Assembly (NCBI GenBank): GCA_963666285.1
Contig: OY762711.1
Length of the DNA: 64,000 nt
Source of the DNA: Sedimentisphaerales bacterium
Lineage (GTDB): Bacteria; Planctomycetota; Phycisphaerae; Sedimentisphaerales; SM23-30
Direction: 5' to 3' (one strand)
Part shown: positions 42,351 to 52,397 of the stretch, piece by piece
Layout of the letters: the number at the start of each line of letters is the position of its first letter
Numbering within the stretch: position 1 is the stretch's first letter
Notes under the pieces: model-generated
Seen by the model: the letters and a program-made list of their open reading frames with translations, nothing else
Told to the model about the DNA's origin: nothing
Databases searched by the model: none
Position numbers and translations under genes: made by a program

Positions 42351-42836
42351 ATGAGTAAAAAAACAAAAAATCAGGACCAGCAGCAAAAATTCAGTCCCAG
42401 GATAAAGAATAAGAAAGCATCTTTCAACTATAACCTGCTGGAAAAAATAGAGGCTGGTATCGTACTTGAGGGTACCGAGGTTAAAAGCCTGCGTCTGGGG
42501 CGTGCTAGTCTGGATGAGGCATATTGCCGGATTCGTAATGGTGAGCTTTGGATGTATGGATGTAATATATCACTTTACGAACATGGCAATATTAATAACC
42601 ACGAGCCCGCAAGGCCAAGGAAGCTTCTTCTGCATAAAAGAGAGCTTGATAAAATTGAGGTCAAGGTTAATCAAAAGGGACGTACTATAGTACCAACGCG
42701 GATATACTTTTCTCGAGGATATGCTAAAGTAGAGGTTGCAGTAGCACAAGGTAAATCGGTTGCTGATAAACGTTCTACCATGAAAGATAAGCAGGCTAAG
42801 AAGGATATGGATCGGGCTATGCGAAAATGGCGATAG
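42351..42836 (+). CDS. smpB: SsrA-binding protein
   Basis: NKKASFNY, EAGIVLEGTEVKSLR and RKLLLHKRE. Confidence 0.95.
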   Translation: MSKKTKNQDQQQKFSPRIKNKKASFNYNLLEKIEAGIVLEGTEVKSLRLGRASLDEAYCRIRNGELWMYGCNISLYEHGNINNHEPARPRKLLLHKRELDKIEVKVNQKGRTIVPTRIYFSRGYAKVEVAVAQGKSVADKRSTMKDKQAKKDMDRAMRKWR

Positions 42837-42879
42837 AATAATACATGATATTGATAATTTAGATAAAAGGACATATATA

Positions 42880-45009
42880 ATGACACGACTATTTCTTGTT
42901 ACTCTTTTAACTTTTTGCGGCTCAGTTTTTGGCGTTAACACTTTTTTTGAGAGCCAGAATACAGAGGAGCATTTTAAGAAAGGTAAAGCTAAGGATGTCC
43001 TGGTTGACAGTGAAGGTGTTATTTCACTGGCATACAGCTCAAATATTCTATTAAAATCAGACAATGAGGATTGGGTTGTTAATGATATTGCTTTGGATGC
43101 TTCTGGTAATGCCTTTATAGCTACCAGTGGTGAAGGAAATGTGTATAAGATTTCTAATGATGGCAAAACTGAGAGCATTTGGAGTAAAGAAGACCATTCC
43201 CGGCATATTTTCTCACTGGCAGTTTTGAGCGATGGAAGTCTTGTTGCCGGTACCGGTGGCGAAAAAGCCGGACTTTTCAAATATAATGGCAAAAAATGGA
43301 AACAGATTTGGTCGGATGATGGAGTAACCTATATCTGGGATATCGAATGCAGCAAATCTGACAAACTGTATTTGGCTACCGGTCCGGAAGGAAAGATTTA
43401 TTCTATTGATTCAAATGGCAGTAATGCCAAAGAAATATATAAAGCAAAGGCTAAAAATATTCTTGCATTATCCCTCTCTGAGCAGGGTAAGCTTTATGCT
43501 GGAACAGATACTCATGGACTGGTTTATTGTATTGATCTTGGAACGGGAGTGACTACTGTTGCCTATGATACAGGTCATGAAGAAGTTAGCTCACTGGACC
43601 AGGATTCTGCTGGTAATGTTTATATTGCTACTGCCGACAGTGCTGCTGCCAGGCCGGGAGCAAAGCTGGTTCTTTCACTTGAAAATGATGTGGAAAAGAA
43701 TTCGGAAGAAAAGGGTCAGGAAAACGATTCGCCTGAAGCCAACGAAAAGAATAATCAGCCGCCGGCAACTAAAAAACCTGAACGTCAGAATCCACCCAAT
43801 AAGGGAGGTTCGGGCGGCAAGAAAAACACTGTTTTTATGCTGTCGCCATCTGGATTTGTCGAAAAGATTTTTGTTGCACCTGTAGTGATACACGATATTT
43901 CTCTTGGTGATAATGATAAACTGTACCTTGCAACCGGTATTGAGGGCAAGTTGATATGCCTGGATATTCCTACTCGTGAATCTGTTGTTGTATTTGATAG
44001 CGAAAGCACACATTTGTCGGCTGTTACTTGTTTTAATGGCAGAGTTTATGTTGGTGGTGCGGATAAGGCTTCTGTTTTTACAGTTGAGCCTGACTATGTT
44101 AAACAGGGTGAATTTGAGTCCGATGTGTTCGATGCTTCTCAACCTGCTGCATGGGGACTAATGTACATGCAGGCAGAGCAGACAGATGGGATTGATATGC
44201 AGGTTCGTTCTGGAAATACATCCGATCCTGAAAAGGGCGGTTGGACCGAGTGGAAACAGGCTGAGATCAAGTTGCCTGCTGTTAGTGCTGACGTGCCTGT
44301 TGGAAGGTTTCTTCAGTACAAGTTAGTATTGAATGCTGTAGATGGGGGCAGCCCCAAAGTTTCTGAAGTTAAGGCTTCCTATAGTATTCCAAATCTGAAA
44401 CCGGTGATTGCGAAGTTGGACGTTATGGTTCCGCCGCTTGATCCTAAGACTCCATATGCTGAATTAAAGCAATATCAAATTCGCTGGCAGGCGGCAGATG
44501 TAAATAAAGATGAGTTGGCTTTTGATATTTATATTAAATCTGTTGCCCAGGAGGGTTGGATTAAAATTGCAAAAGAACTGGTTGAAAACCAATATGTATG
44601 GAATACTCTTAATGTGCCGGATGGAATGTATAATATAAAGCTGGTCGCATCAGACTGTATGTCTAATTCAGAGTCTGCAAGTTTGACCGATAGTGAAATA
44701 TCTGAGTTGATTTTAATCGATAATACCGCTCCGGAAGTAAATATATTTGACTTAAAAGCTGAAAATGACATATATAAATCTACAGTGCAGGTTTCTGATA
44801 ATCTTAGTGTTATTGAAAATGTTACATATTCGCTTGATTCAAATCAACTATTTCAGGCGGCCTCACCTGTGGATGGTCTGGCTGACAGTGTAAATGAAAC
44901 TTTCAGTTTTGAAATCAATCCGGAAGAACCTGGTTTGCATTTTGTAACTATAAAAGTAAAAGATATAGCCGGTAATACTCGTATATTATCACAAGAGTTC
45001 AAGAAGTAG
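42880..45009 (+). CDS. Secreted beta-propeller repeat protein with C-terminal Ig/FN3-like domains
   Basis: Signal peptide; repeated [LV]Y[LI]ATG/YAGT blades; VRSGNT..P..GW.EW and IDNTAP. Confidence 0.6.
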   Translation: MTRLFLVTLLTFCGSVFGVNTFFESQNTEEHFKKGKAKDVLVDSEGVISLAYSSNILLKSDNEDWVVNDIALDASGNAFIATSGEGNVYKISNDGKTESIWSKEDHSRHIFSLAVLSDGSLVAGTGGEKAGLFKYNGKKWKQIWSDDGVTYIWDIECSKSDKLYLATGPEGKIYSIDSNGSNAKEIYKAKAKNILALSLSEQGKLYAGTDTHGLVYCIDLGTGVTTVAYDTGHEEVSSLDQDSAGNVYIATADSAAARPGAKLVLSLENDVEKNSEEKGQENDSPEANEKNNQPPATKKPERQNPPNKGGSGGKKNTVFMLSPSGFVEKIFVAPVVIHDISLGDNDKLYLATGIEGKLICLDIPTRESVVVFDSESTHLSAVTCFNGRVYVGGADKASVFTVEPDYVKQGEFESDVFDASQPAAWGLMYMQAEQTDGIDMQVRSGNTSDPEKGGWTEWKQAEIKLPAVSADVPVGRFLQYKLVLNAVDGGSPKVSEVKASYSIPNLKPVIAKLDVMVPPLDPKTPYAELKQYQIRWQAADVNKDELAFDIYIKSVAQEGWIKIAKELVENQYVWNTLNVPDGMYNIKLVASDCMSNSESASLTDSEISELILIDNTAPEVNIFDLKAENDIYKSTVQVSDNLSVIENVTYSLDSNQLFQAASPVDGLADSVNETFSFEINPEEPGLHFVTIKVKDIAGNTRILSQEFKK

Positions 45010-45035
45010 TAATTTCATATGTAAGGAGAGTATAA

Positions 45036-46010
45036 ATGAAAAAAATATGTGTTTTTGCTGTATTGTTGATTGCAGTTGGACTAAATGCTGATGTTATTAA
45101 ATTGACTAACGGTGATTCTTTGCAAGGTAAATTAGTGACCATGGAAGGTGGTCAGGTAGTATTCAAATCCAACCTGGCAGGGAAAGTTACCATTGATCAG
45201 AAAAATGTTGCTTCACTTGAGCTTTCAGAATCAGCTTCAATAAAGCAGGCAGACGGTTCCCTGGTAAAAAAGACAGGCAAGTGGGATAATGCCGGTTTGG
45301 CAGAACTTGGTGCTATTAACCCTGCACCGCCTGAATTTCCTAAAACAACTGGTAATGTGACTGCCGGCATTACGCGTACAGATGGCAATTCATACTCTGA
45401 AAGCGGTTCAATTAGTTTTAATGTTAAACGTGAAACGGAAAAAAATATATGGTTGGCTGACGCCATGTACAGTTCTGCCAGATCAGAAGATTCAGCTGGA
45501 AAAAAATATACTACTGAAGAATATTTGACTGCCGGAATGAAAAATGAAATAAATTTATCTGATAAGAGTTATGCGTTTCTTGATGGCAGGTTCAAAAAAG
45601 ACCATATTGCCGATCTAGACCAAAGGTTAATCGGTACTGTTGGTTATGGTTATAGATTCTATAAAACAGCAAAGTTCAAACTTAACGCAGATATCGGTTT
45701 GTCAGAAGTTCACGAAGAATATACTGTAGCAGGTGTGACTGATAAAGAAGATGCTTTATCTGCCAGATTAGGATATAACCTGGACTGGGTGATAAGTGAC
45801 AGACTTTCATTCAAACACAACCTGGAATATTATCCAAGTACAGAAAGTAAAGATGACTATTATGCCAGTACGCTTGGCGAATTGCGTTATAGATTTTCTG
45901 ATAAGGTTTATGGAAGCTTCAAGGCTCTGCTTGATTATGATGCTACACCGGCCGGTGATAATGAAAAACTGGATACCAAATATATCCTTGGCATAGGTGT
46001 GGATTTCTAA
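45036..46010 (+). CDS. DUF481-like outer-membrane beta-barrel protein
   Basis: Signal peptide; D.IKL.NGD.L.G N-domain; amphipathic strands; terminal Phe (ILGIGVDF). Confidence 0.75.
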   Translation: MKKICVFAVLLIAVGLNADVIKLTNGDSLQGKLVTMEGGQVVFKSNLAGKVTIDQKNVASLELSESASIKQADGSLVKKTGKWDNAGLAELGAINPAPPEFPKTTGNVTAGITRTDGNSYSESGSISFNVKRETEKNIWLADAMYSSARSEDSAGKKYTTEEYLTAGMKNEINLSDKSYAFLDGRFKKDHIADLDQRLIGTVGYGYRFYKTAKFKLNADIGLSEVHEEYTVAGVTDKEDALSARLGYNLDWVISDRLSFKHNLEYYPSTESKDDYYASTLGELRYRFSDKVYGSFKALLDYDATPAGDNEKLDTKYILGIGVDF

Positions 46011-46030
46011 AATAATTTCATATTAATAAT

Positions 46031-46072
46031 AAAAAAGCGTTATTCGCCGGTTGGGCAAGTAACGCTTTTTTT
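46031..46072. terminator. Bidirectional intrinsic terminator
   Basis: AAAAAAGCGTTA...TAACGCTTTTTTT between convergent genes. Confidence 0.8.
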
Positions 46073-46086
46073 GTGTATACATACTT

Positions 46087-46641
46087 TTATGACTTAAATA
46101 AATTACCAACGTTAGGAGTTGCTCTCTCTGCTTCTGCAATTTCAAACATGTTACGTTGTTTGTAGTTTATCATGCCGGCGACTATATTGCTTGGAAACAT
46201 TTCAATTGCATTGTTATAGTCAAGTACCGCAGCATTATACGCTCTGCGGGAAGCAGACAGCTGCTCTTCAATTTCGTTTAATGAACCTTGCAGCTGTAGA
46301 AAGTTTGTGCTGGCTTTCAGGTCAGGGTATTTTTCGACAGACACCATAATATTACCGATCATATTATCCAGTTCTACCATTTGGTCGTTGCTCAGTCCGC
46401 CGCTCATAGCCTTGGCACGCATCTCTGTAACCTTGGTTAGTGTCTCGTTTTCATGGGTCATGTACTGTTTGACGGTTGCCACCAGGTTCGGAATCAGGTC
46501 AAATCGCTTTTTCAGCATGACATCGATACTGGAAAATGCGTTGTCGACCATATTTTGTTTGCCGACAAGTGAATTGTATATTCCAATATATGCCAGGATT
46601 ATTACAACAATAATACCTAGAATTATCCATAATGCTATCAT
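46087..46641 (-). CDS. lemA: LemA family protein
   Basis: N-terminal TM helix, YNSLV, KRFDLIPNLV, EKYPDLKAS and RRAYN. Confidence 0.92.
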   Translation of the reverse strand: MIALWIILGIIVVIILAYIGIYNSLVGKQNMVDNAFSSIDVMLKKRFDLIPNLVATVKQYMTHENETLTKVTEMRAKAMSGGLSNDQMVELDNMIGNIMVSVEKYPDLKASTNFLQLQGSLNEIEEQLSASRRAYNAAVLDYNNAIEMFPSNIVAGMINYKQRNMFEIAEAERATPNVGNLFKS

Positions 46642-46734
46642 CTATTACTCCTTATTAATAAAACGTTTAAGTTTGGTTTTATGCCATAACATTCAATATG
46701 TTATACACTGAGCGGTACATAAGGTTACAATTTT

Positions 46735-48228
46735 TCAGTTTCGCCACTGACGGCCGCCACAAGCCATTAACTCATCTGATTTGGCAGGTCCAAAGCTGCC
46801 GGGCTCGTATGGCTGCGGAATCTTTTGTTTTTCCTTGATACTGTCTATTAGCGGTGAGATAAACTCCCATGCAGCCTCAGTTTCATCGCTGCGGATAAAC
46901 AGCGTCTGGTCGCCAAGCAGGGCATCGTGCAGCAGCTTCTCATATGCCGAAGGTATCGGACTTGGACATGCATCCGGATAATAGAAATTCAGTTCACGCG
47001 GCTCCAGGCAGATCTGGCTGGTCTTGCGGGTGAAGAAGTTTACTGACACGCCATCGTTTGGCTGTATTCGCAGTATCAGGCTATTGAAACCATTCGGGCA
47101 GCAGGCCTGATCGAATAATTTATTAGTGACGGTCTTAAAGAACAGTCCGATTTCGGTAGTTTTCTTTCCAAGTGCCTTACCGGTACGAATGTAAATTGGT
47201 ACATCCTTCATGGTTGGCGTGTCCACATACATCCGGAAAGCAGTAAATGTTTCTGTGGTTGAGTCTTTTGGTACGCCCGGAGCGTCCAGATAGCCGACAA
47301 TATCTTTGTCATCTATTTTGCCGCCGGTATATTGGCCGGTGACAACGCTGCAGCAGCAGTTATTTTCGCATACCGGACGAATAGCTTTGATAACCTTTAC
47401 CTTTTCGTTGCGGATATCGTTGGCATTCAGAGATTTTGGCTCTTCCATTGCAACCAGCGATACCAGCTGCATGATGTGGTTTTGTACCATGTCGCGCAAT
47501 GCACCTGACTGGTCGTAATAGCCGGCTCGTTCGCCGACATCCACTTTTTCACAAACTGATATTTGGATATGGTCCAGGTGATCTTTGTTCCAGACAGATT
47601 CGAATATGCGGTTAGCAAAACGTAATGCCAGGATATTCTGGACGGTCTCTTTGCCTAAATAGTGATCAATGCGGTATATCTGGTTTTCCTGGAAGTGTCT
47701 GCTCAATTCTTCGTTGAGTTTGCGGGCACTTGCAAGGTCAAATCCAAATGGTTTTTCGATAATCAGTCTGCGGAATTCGTCCGGGTTTGATGAGCTGCCT
47801 AGTCCGCTGCTGCTGATATTTGCAGCTATATCGGGAAACAGTTCCGGCTTAACGGAGCAGTAGAAAAGGCAGTTGCCTAACTTGCCGTTATTGAACGGCA
47901 GGGCTGCGAGTCTTGACTTCAGGGTTTCGAATGTGCTCGGGTCGTTGCCGTCACCGCTTACGTAGTGAATATGCTGACAGAATTCGTCCCAGGTTTCCGG
48001 CTTGGCAAATCCGCATTTATCAGCGTTTTTGACATCATCGAAGAGCTTTTCATGGAACTGCTGGTCTGTCATTGGTCTTCTGGCCAGTCCGAAAATAGCG
48101 AATTCCTTTCCTAGCATTCCGCGATGATACAATTCAAATAATGCCGGGATTAGTTTCAGGCTGGTCAGGTTGCCTGATGCCCCGAAAATTACAATACTAA
48201 ACGGCTTAATAGTTTTTTCTGTATTCAT
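46735..48228 (-). CDS. zwf: Glucose-6-phosphate 1-dehydrogenase
   Basis: IFGASGNL, EKPFG, YRIDHYLGKETVQN and RDMVQNH. Confidence 0.96.
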   Translation of the reverse strand: MNTEKTIKPFSIVIFGASGNLTSLKLIPALFELYHRGMLGKEFAIFGLARRPMTDQQFHEKLFDDVKNADKCGFAKPETWDEFCQHIHYVSGDGNDPSTFETLKSRLAALPFNNGKLGNCLFYCSVKPELFPDIAANISSSGLGSSSNPDEFRRLIIEKPFGFDLASARKLNEELSRHFQENQIYRIDHYLGKETVQNILALRFANRIFESVWNKDHLDHIQISVCEKVDVGERAGYYDQSGALRDMVQNHIMQLVSLVAMEEPKSLNANDIRNEKVKVIKAIRPVCENNCCCSVVTGQYTGGKIDDKDIVGYLDAPGVPKDSTTETFTAFRMYVDTPTMKDVPIYIRTGKALGKKTTEIGLFFKTVTNKLFDQACCPNGFNSLILRIQPNDGVSVNFFTRKTSQICLEPRELNFYYPDACPSPIPSAYEKLLHDALLGDQTLFIRSDETEAAWEFISPLIDSIKEKQKIPQPYEPGSFGPAKSDELMACGGRQWRN

Positions 48229-48404
48229 AAATCCTTCCTGAGTTGTTAGTTGCAGTTTCAGTATGATTATATATCTCTATTTGCTGATACTCAAATGAAA
48301 ACATGACCATATTGAACTTTAATAAACTCTTGACGTAGGATATTTGTTGCTTTAACATTGTCATGTAATAAATGTAATATTAACTACTTATGGAAAGAGT
48401 CGGC

Positions 48405-49760
48405 ATGAAAAAGTACTTATTGGTTTTGGTTCTCTGTCTCGGATTTCTAAATGGTTGTACCAGTTCAAATATGACATCAAAAGGCGGGCCTGATTTTCGC
48501 CAAATTGTTTCTACAGCTAAGGATAAGGTTTTTCCGGCTGTGGTGTTTGTAAAATGCTTGCGGGAGGATTTCTCAAAAGGTAAAAAGCAATCTCAGGCAG
48601 TAACCGGCAGCGGTGTGATCATCTCGGCTGACGGAAGGGTTGTAACAAACTGGCACGTTATCGACAAGGCATTCGAAGTGCGATGCCAGCTTAACGACGG
48701 CACAGAAGCGTATGCCGAGATTGTGGGAAGCGATAAGGACTGTGATATAGCGTTACTGCAGCTTAAGGATATAGATAAGGAACTGCCTTATGCGGCTATT
48801 GGAGATTCTGCTATCCTGCATGAAGGTGATTTTGTAATGGCGATGGGTGCTCCGTTCGGGTTGAGCCGGTCAGTTTCTATTGGTATTATCTCCTGTACTG
48901 ACAGATATTTAGAAGAAGGATTATACAGTTTGTGGCTACAGACTGATGCTGCGATATGCCCGGGAAACAGTGGTGGTCCGCTGGTAAATACAGCCGGTGA
49001 GGTGGTAGGAATTAATACGTTAGGATCTAATTCCGGGGGTGGCGACCTTGGTTTTGCGGTGCCGTCAGAGACTGTTAAGTTGCTGGTGGAGCGTCTGGGG
49101 ACGTATGGCAAGGCGAACTGGAGCTGGACCGGCTTGCAGCTGCAGGCTCTAAGGGATTTCAATAAAAACATATACTTTGATGGTGAAAATGGTGTGATTG
49201 TGTCGGAAACGGACCAGTTAAGCCCGGCTCGCAAAGCAGGAATAAAGGCCCGCGACCGTGTATTGAGCATCAATGGAGAGGCTGTGGATGTGCTGCGACC
49301 AAACGACCTGCCGAAACTGCGTAAGACGATCGGTCTCCTGCCAAAGGATGAGCCCGCCACCTTCACGGTGAAGCGCGGCGACGAATTGATGGACATCGAA
49401 CTGGTACCGGTGGAAAAAGGCAAAGTTGAAGGAGATGAACTGGACTGCCCACGTTGGGACATGACTTTGAAGATAATTAACCGATTCGATAACCCTGATC
49501 TTTACTTCCATCGTAAGGAAGGTGTGTTTGTGAACTCTCTGAAATCTCCGGGTAATGCAGCCAATGCCGGACTTGTCAATAACGATATTATCCTGAAGGT
49601 CGGCACTGAGAAAGTTACGAACCTGGAAGAGCTCAGCAAGATATACCAGTCTAGTATAGATAATATAGATGAGAAGCCAAGGCTTGTGCTATCGGTATTG
49701 CGTAACGGGCTGTTGCGGCAGGTTGTTTTGGATATCTCTCGCGATTATGAGAGAGAATAA
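48405..49760 (+). CDS. HtrA/DegP-like serine protease with two PDZ domains; probable lipoprotein
   Basis: Lipobox-like FLNGC; GSGVII, TNWH (His), DIALL (Asp) and PGNSGGPL (Ser); SPARKAGI and NAANAGL PDZ motifs. Confidence 0.9.
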   Translation: MKKYLLVLVLCLGFLNGCTSSNMTSKGGPDFRQIVSTAKDKVFPAVVFVKCLREDFSKGKKQSQAVTGSGVIISADGRVVTNWHVIDKAFEVRCQLNDGTEAYAEIVGSDKDCDIALLQLKDIDKELPYAAIGDSAILHEGDFVMAMGAPFGLSRSVSIGIISCTDRYLEEGLYSLWLQTDAAICPGNSGGPLVNTAGEVVGINTLGSNSGGGDLGFAVPSETVKLLVERLGTYGKANWSWTGLQLQALRDFNKNIYFDGENGVIVSETDQLSPARKAGIKARDRVLSINGEAVDVLRPNDLPKLRKTIGLLPKDEPATFTVKRGDELMDIELVPVEKGKVEGDELDCPRWDMTLKIINRFDNPDLYFHRKEGVFVNSLKSPGNAANAGLVNNDIILKVGTEKVTNLEELSKIYQSSIDNIDEKPRLVLSVLRNGLLRQVVLDISRDYERE

Positions 49761-49866
49761 TAAGTTAGAAGCTCTTGGTGTTGCAGAGCGACATTTAAAG
49801 GCTGATGCCTGAAATGCAAGTATGAAGGATGAAAAATTTTACAATAAAAATCGAAAGGTTGATTAA

Positions 49867-52086
49867 ATGAATAAATTGTCAAAATTATTGGTGTTGTGTA
49901 TGTTGCTGGCGGGTGTTTGTTTGGCCCAGGAAGCCGAGAAATCTGAAGGAGATAAGACTGACGTAGATAAGCCAAAGGTTGATAAGGCAGCGTTAGCAGC
50001 GAAGTATGCAGATTCGATGGTGGTTGTTGAATATTACCTGAAATATGATAAAGGTGAGAGCCCGGAATGTAACGGGCTGGGTGAGTACTGCAGTAACTGC
50101 GGAGAGGTGCATCTGATAGGCAATGCCGAAGAATTTGTCAAGCAGGAACGTCCGCTGGAGGCTGGCGGTATGGTGATAGCGTCTGATAAGATACTATCTG
50201 CTGATGTTCAGATTCATAATCGTTTTATCGATAAGATAATGGTGCGGTTTGGCGACAGCAGGGTTGAGGCAAAAGTGTTTGCTTATCCGGTTGACACCCG
50301 GACAGTTATTTTACAGGTAGAGCAGCTTCCGGAAGGAGCAAAAGCGATAGAGTTTGGTGAAAAGAGCTCTGACGACCTTTATATAATTGATTATGTTCAA
50401 CATAATACAAAGTGGTCGATTCCGGTTGCGGGTTTTAGTTTGAAGATGCAGCTGGATGAGAATGGCGAGGTTTTGAAAGGGACTAACAGTACCGGTCTGA
50501 TAGTTGATGGCGAAGGTACTGCAGTCGCGTTTTATTTCGGGCAGATGCTGGCAGATAATGACGACTGGCAGAAGAGCCCGCTGGACTATGAAATGATAAC
50601 AGCCGAGCAGTATGAGGGTTTGTTAGCGAAGATAAAAGACGAATGTACGAAAACTGTGCTGCGATGCCGGATTAATTTTCGCAGTCCGACGCGTAAGGGT
50701 TCTGATTTTTCTGGTTTGACCGGGGGGCCGGGCCAGGATCATATGACCGAGAAGAACTGTTATGCGGTGGTAGTAGCACCAGACCGGATATTGATCCCTG
50801 CGACCTTAACAGCAGATACAACAGCGAGGCTGGAAAAGATAACGGTCTTTACCGCAGGCGGTAAGAAGCTGAACGCGACATTTGAATCGACAGTCAAGGA
50901 TTACGGGCTGATAACGGCGAAGCTGGCAGAGCCGGTTTCAGATGTTGCAAAGATTTGCAGTGGTGATATCGAGAATTATAAAGATGTATTTATGCCATTT
51001 GTCGAAGTTCGGGTACAGGGCGAGGAGATGGTCTGCTATTATTCGCATAATCGAATAGGCGGCTTTGAATATGGCTGGAAAAAGATAGTTTACCCGATGG
51101 TTGCCGGAGTTGAATTCTGGGATTACCAGGATGCACCGTCTGTGTACCTGATGTATAACAGTAACGCAGAGCTGGTTGTTATGCCGGTGGTTCGTCGTCC
51201 AAAGGTTCAGGCGGCACGTGACAGCTGGGACCATTATAACGAATCACAAGATATGAAAATGACGGCAGTGGCGAATCTTACAGATGTAATAGCTCGTCCT
51301 GTCGAGTTTGCTGATGCAGATAATATCCCGTTAAGTGCTGAGCTAGAGAATCGAGCCGCATGGATGGGTGTAATTCTTCAGTCCTTGAATGAGGAGCTGG
51401 CACGCTTGAATATGGTATCGGAGGTAAGTAATAACGGTTCGGTTGGCGGGCTGGTCTCGTATGTTTACCCGGGTTCGCCGGCAGATAAGGCTGGAATTGA
51501 GCCTGGAATGATACTGGTTCGTCTGCATTCTCCGGAGAACCCGCAGCCAATAGATATAAAAGTTGATGACCGGATGAGCCGTTATATGAGTACGTTCCCA
51601 TGGGACCGGTTGAGCGAGATCCCGGCGGAATATTTTGACCGGCTGCCGGTACCGTGGCCAGCGGCGGAAAATGAAGTTGGCAAGCAATTGCGAGATATTG
51701 GTTTTGGCAAGATGTACGCCGCGGAGCTGTATTTGGACGGTGAGCGTATAGTTAAGCAGATGGTAGTTGAAGAGACCCCGACTTATTATGACTCGGCGGC
51801 GAGGCATAAGTCAGAATCGCTTAAGCTGACGGTGCGTGATCTGACCTTTGAGGTGCGTCGCTATATGCAGCTGTCCGAAGCGGATCCGGGTGTGATAGTC
51901 TCTAAGGTGGAGCCGGGCGGCAAGGCCGACGTTGCCGGGATAAAGACATTTGAGGTTATTACCCATGTTAATGATAAGCCGGTTATGAACGTGAAAGAGT
52001 TTGAAGATGCGGTGAATGGAGCTTCTGAGCTTCGTATAGCTATTAAGCGGATGAGCAAAGGGAGGGTGGTCAATATTAAAATGTGA
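49867..52086 (+). CDS. Secreted PDZ-domain protein with apparently inactive trypsin-like domains
   Basis: Signal peptide; GSPADKAGI and GGKADVAGI PDZ motifs; trypsin-like strand patterns with no GNSGG. Confidence 0.65.
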   Translation: MNKLSKLLVLCMLLAGVCLAQEAEKSEGDKTDVDKPKVDKAALAAKYADSMVVVEYYLKYDKGESPECNGLGEYCSNCGEVHLIGNAEEFVKQERPLEAGGMVIASDKILSADVQIHNRFIDKIMVRFGDSRVEAKVFAYPVDTRTVILQVEQLPEGAKAIEFGEKSSDDLYIIDYVQHNTKWSIPVAGFSLKMQLDENGEVLKGTNSTGLIVDGEGTAVAFYFGQMLADNDDWQKSPLDYEMITAEQYEGLLAKIKDECTKTVLRCRINFRSPTRKGSDFSGLTGGPGQDHMTEKNCYAVVVAPDRILIPATLTADTTARLEKITVFTAGGKKLNATFESTVKDYGLITAKLAEPVSDVAKICSGDIENYKDVFMPFVEVRVQGEEMVCYYSHNRIGGFEYGWKKIVYPMVAGVEFWDYQDAPSVYLMYNSNAELVVMPVVRRPKVQAARDSWDHYNESQDMKMTAVANLTDVIARPVEFADADNIPLSAELENRAAWMGVILQSLNEELARLNMVSEVSNNGSVGGLVSYVYPGSPADKAGIEPGMILVRLHSPENPQPIDIKVDDRMSRYMSTFPWDRLSEIPAEYFDRLPVPWPAAENEVGKQLRDIGFGKMYAAELYLDGERIVKQMVVEETPTYYDSAARHKSESLKLTVRDLTFEVRRYMQLSEADPGVIVSKVEPGGKADVAGIKTFEVITHVNDKPVMNVKEFEDAVNGASELRIAIKRMSKGRVVNIKM

Positions 52087-52102
52087 AGCACATTTTAATA
52101 TT

Positions 52103-52256
52103 GAAGTGAAGAGTTAAGAACGCAGAGTGAAAAGTTGCGGTGTTCGGCTGCGCCTCACGTTTGTTTTATGTTGCCTACGGCGAAGATTTTTAACAACCAC
52201 AAAAAACACAAAAAAAACGAAAAATGAACCGCAGATAAACGCAGATAAACGCAGAT
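52103..52256 (+). repeat. Cluster of short degenerate tandem repeats
   Basis: 7-mer-like GAAGTGAAGAGTTAAGAACGCAGAGTGAAAAGT; TTGCCTACGGCGA mini-palindrome; AACC+ACAAAAAAC-type 9-mers; AACC+(GCAGATAAAC)x2+GCAGAT. Confidence 0.7.
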
Positions 52257-52281
52257 TTTTAAAGCTTAAATAGTTTTTTAC

Positions 52282-52305
52282 AGCCCCATATTTGGGGCTT
52301 TTTTT
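52282..52305 (+). terminator. Intrinsic terminator after the HtrA/PDZ pair
   Basis: AGCCCCA-tatt-TGGGGCT followed by a T-run. Confidence 0.8.
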
Positions 52306-52397
52306 ATGTTGAAATCTGTTTGATAGTAATCAGTGATAGCGGTAAAATGAAACTTTATTTTTGGTTATTTTTTTATAATCTGGATGAGGTGAATTGT

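Noticed and set aside
52227..52256. CRISPR-like repeat
   Set aside because: 10-bp tandem units without spacers and no cas genes.
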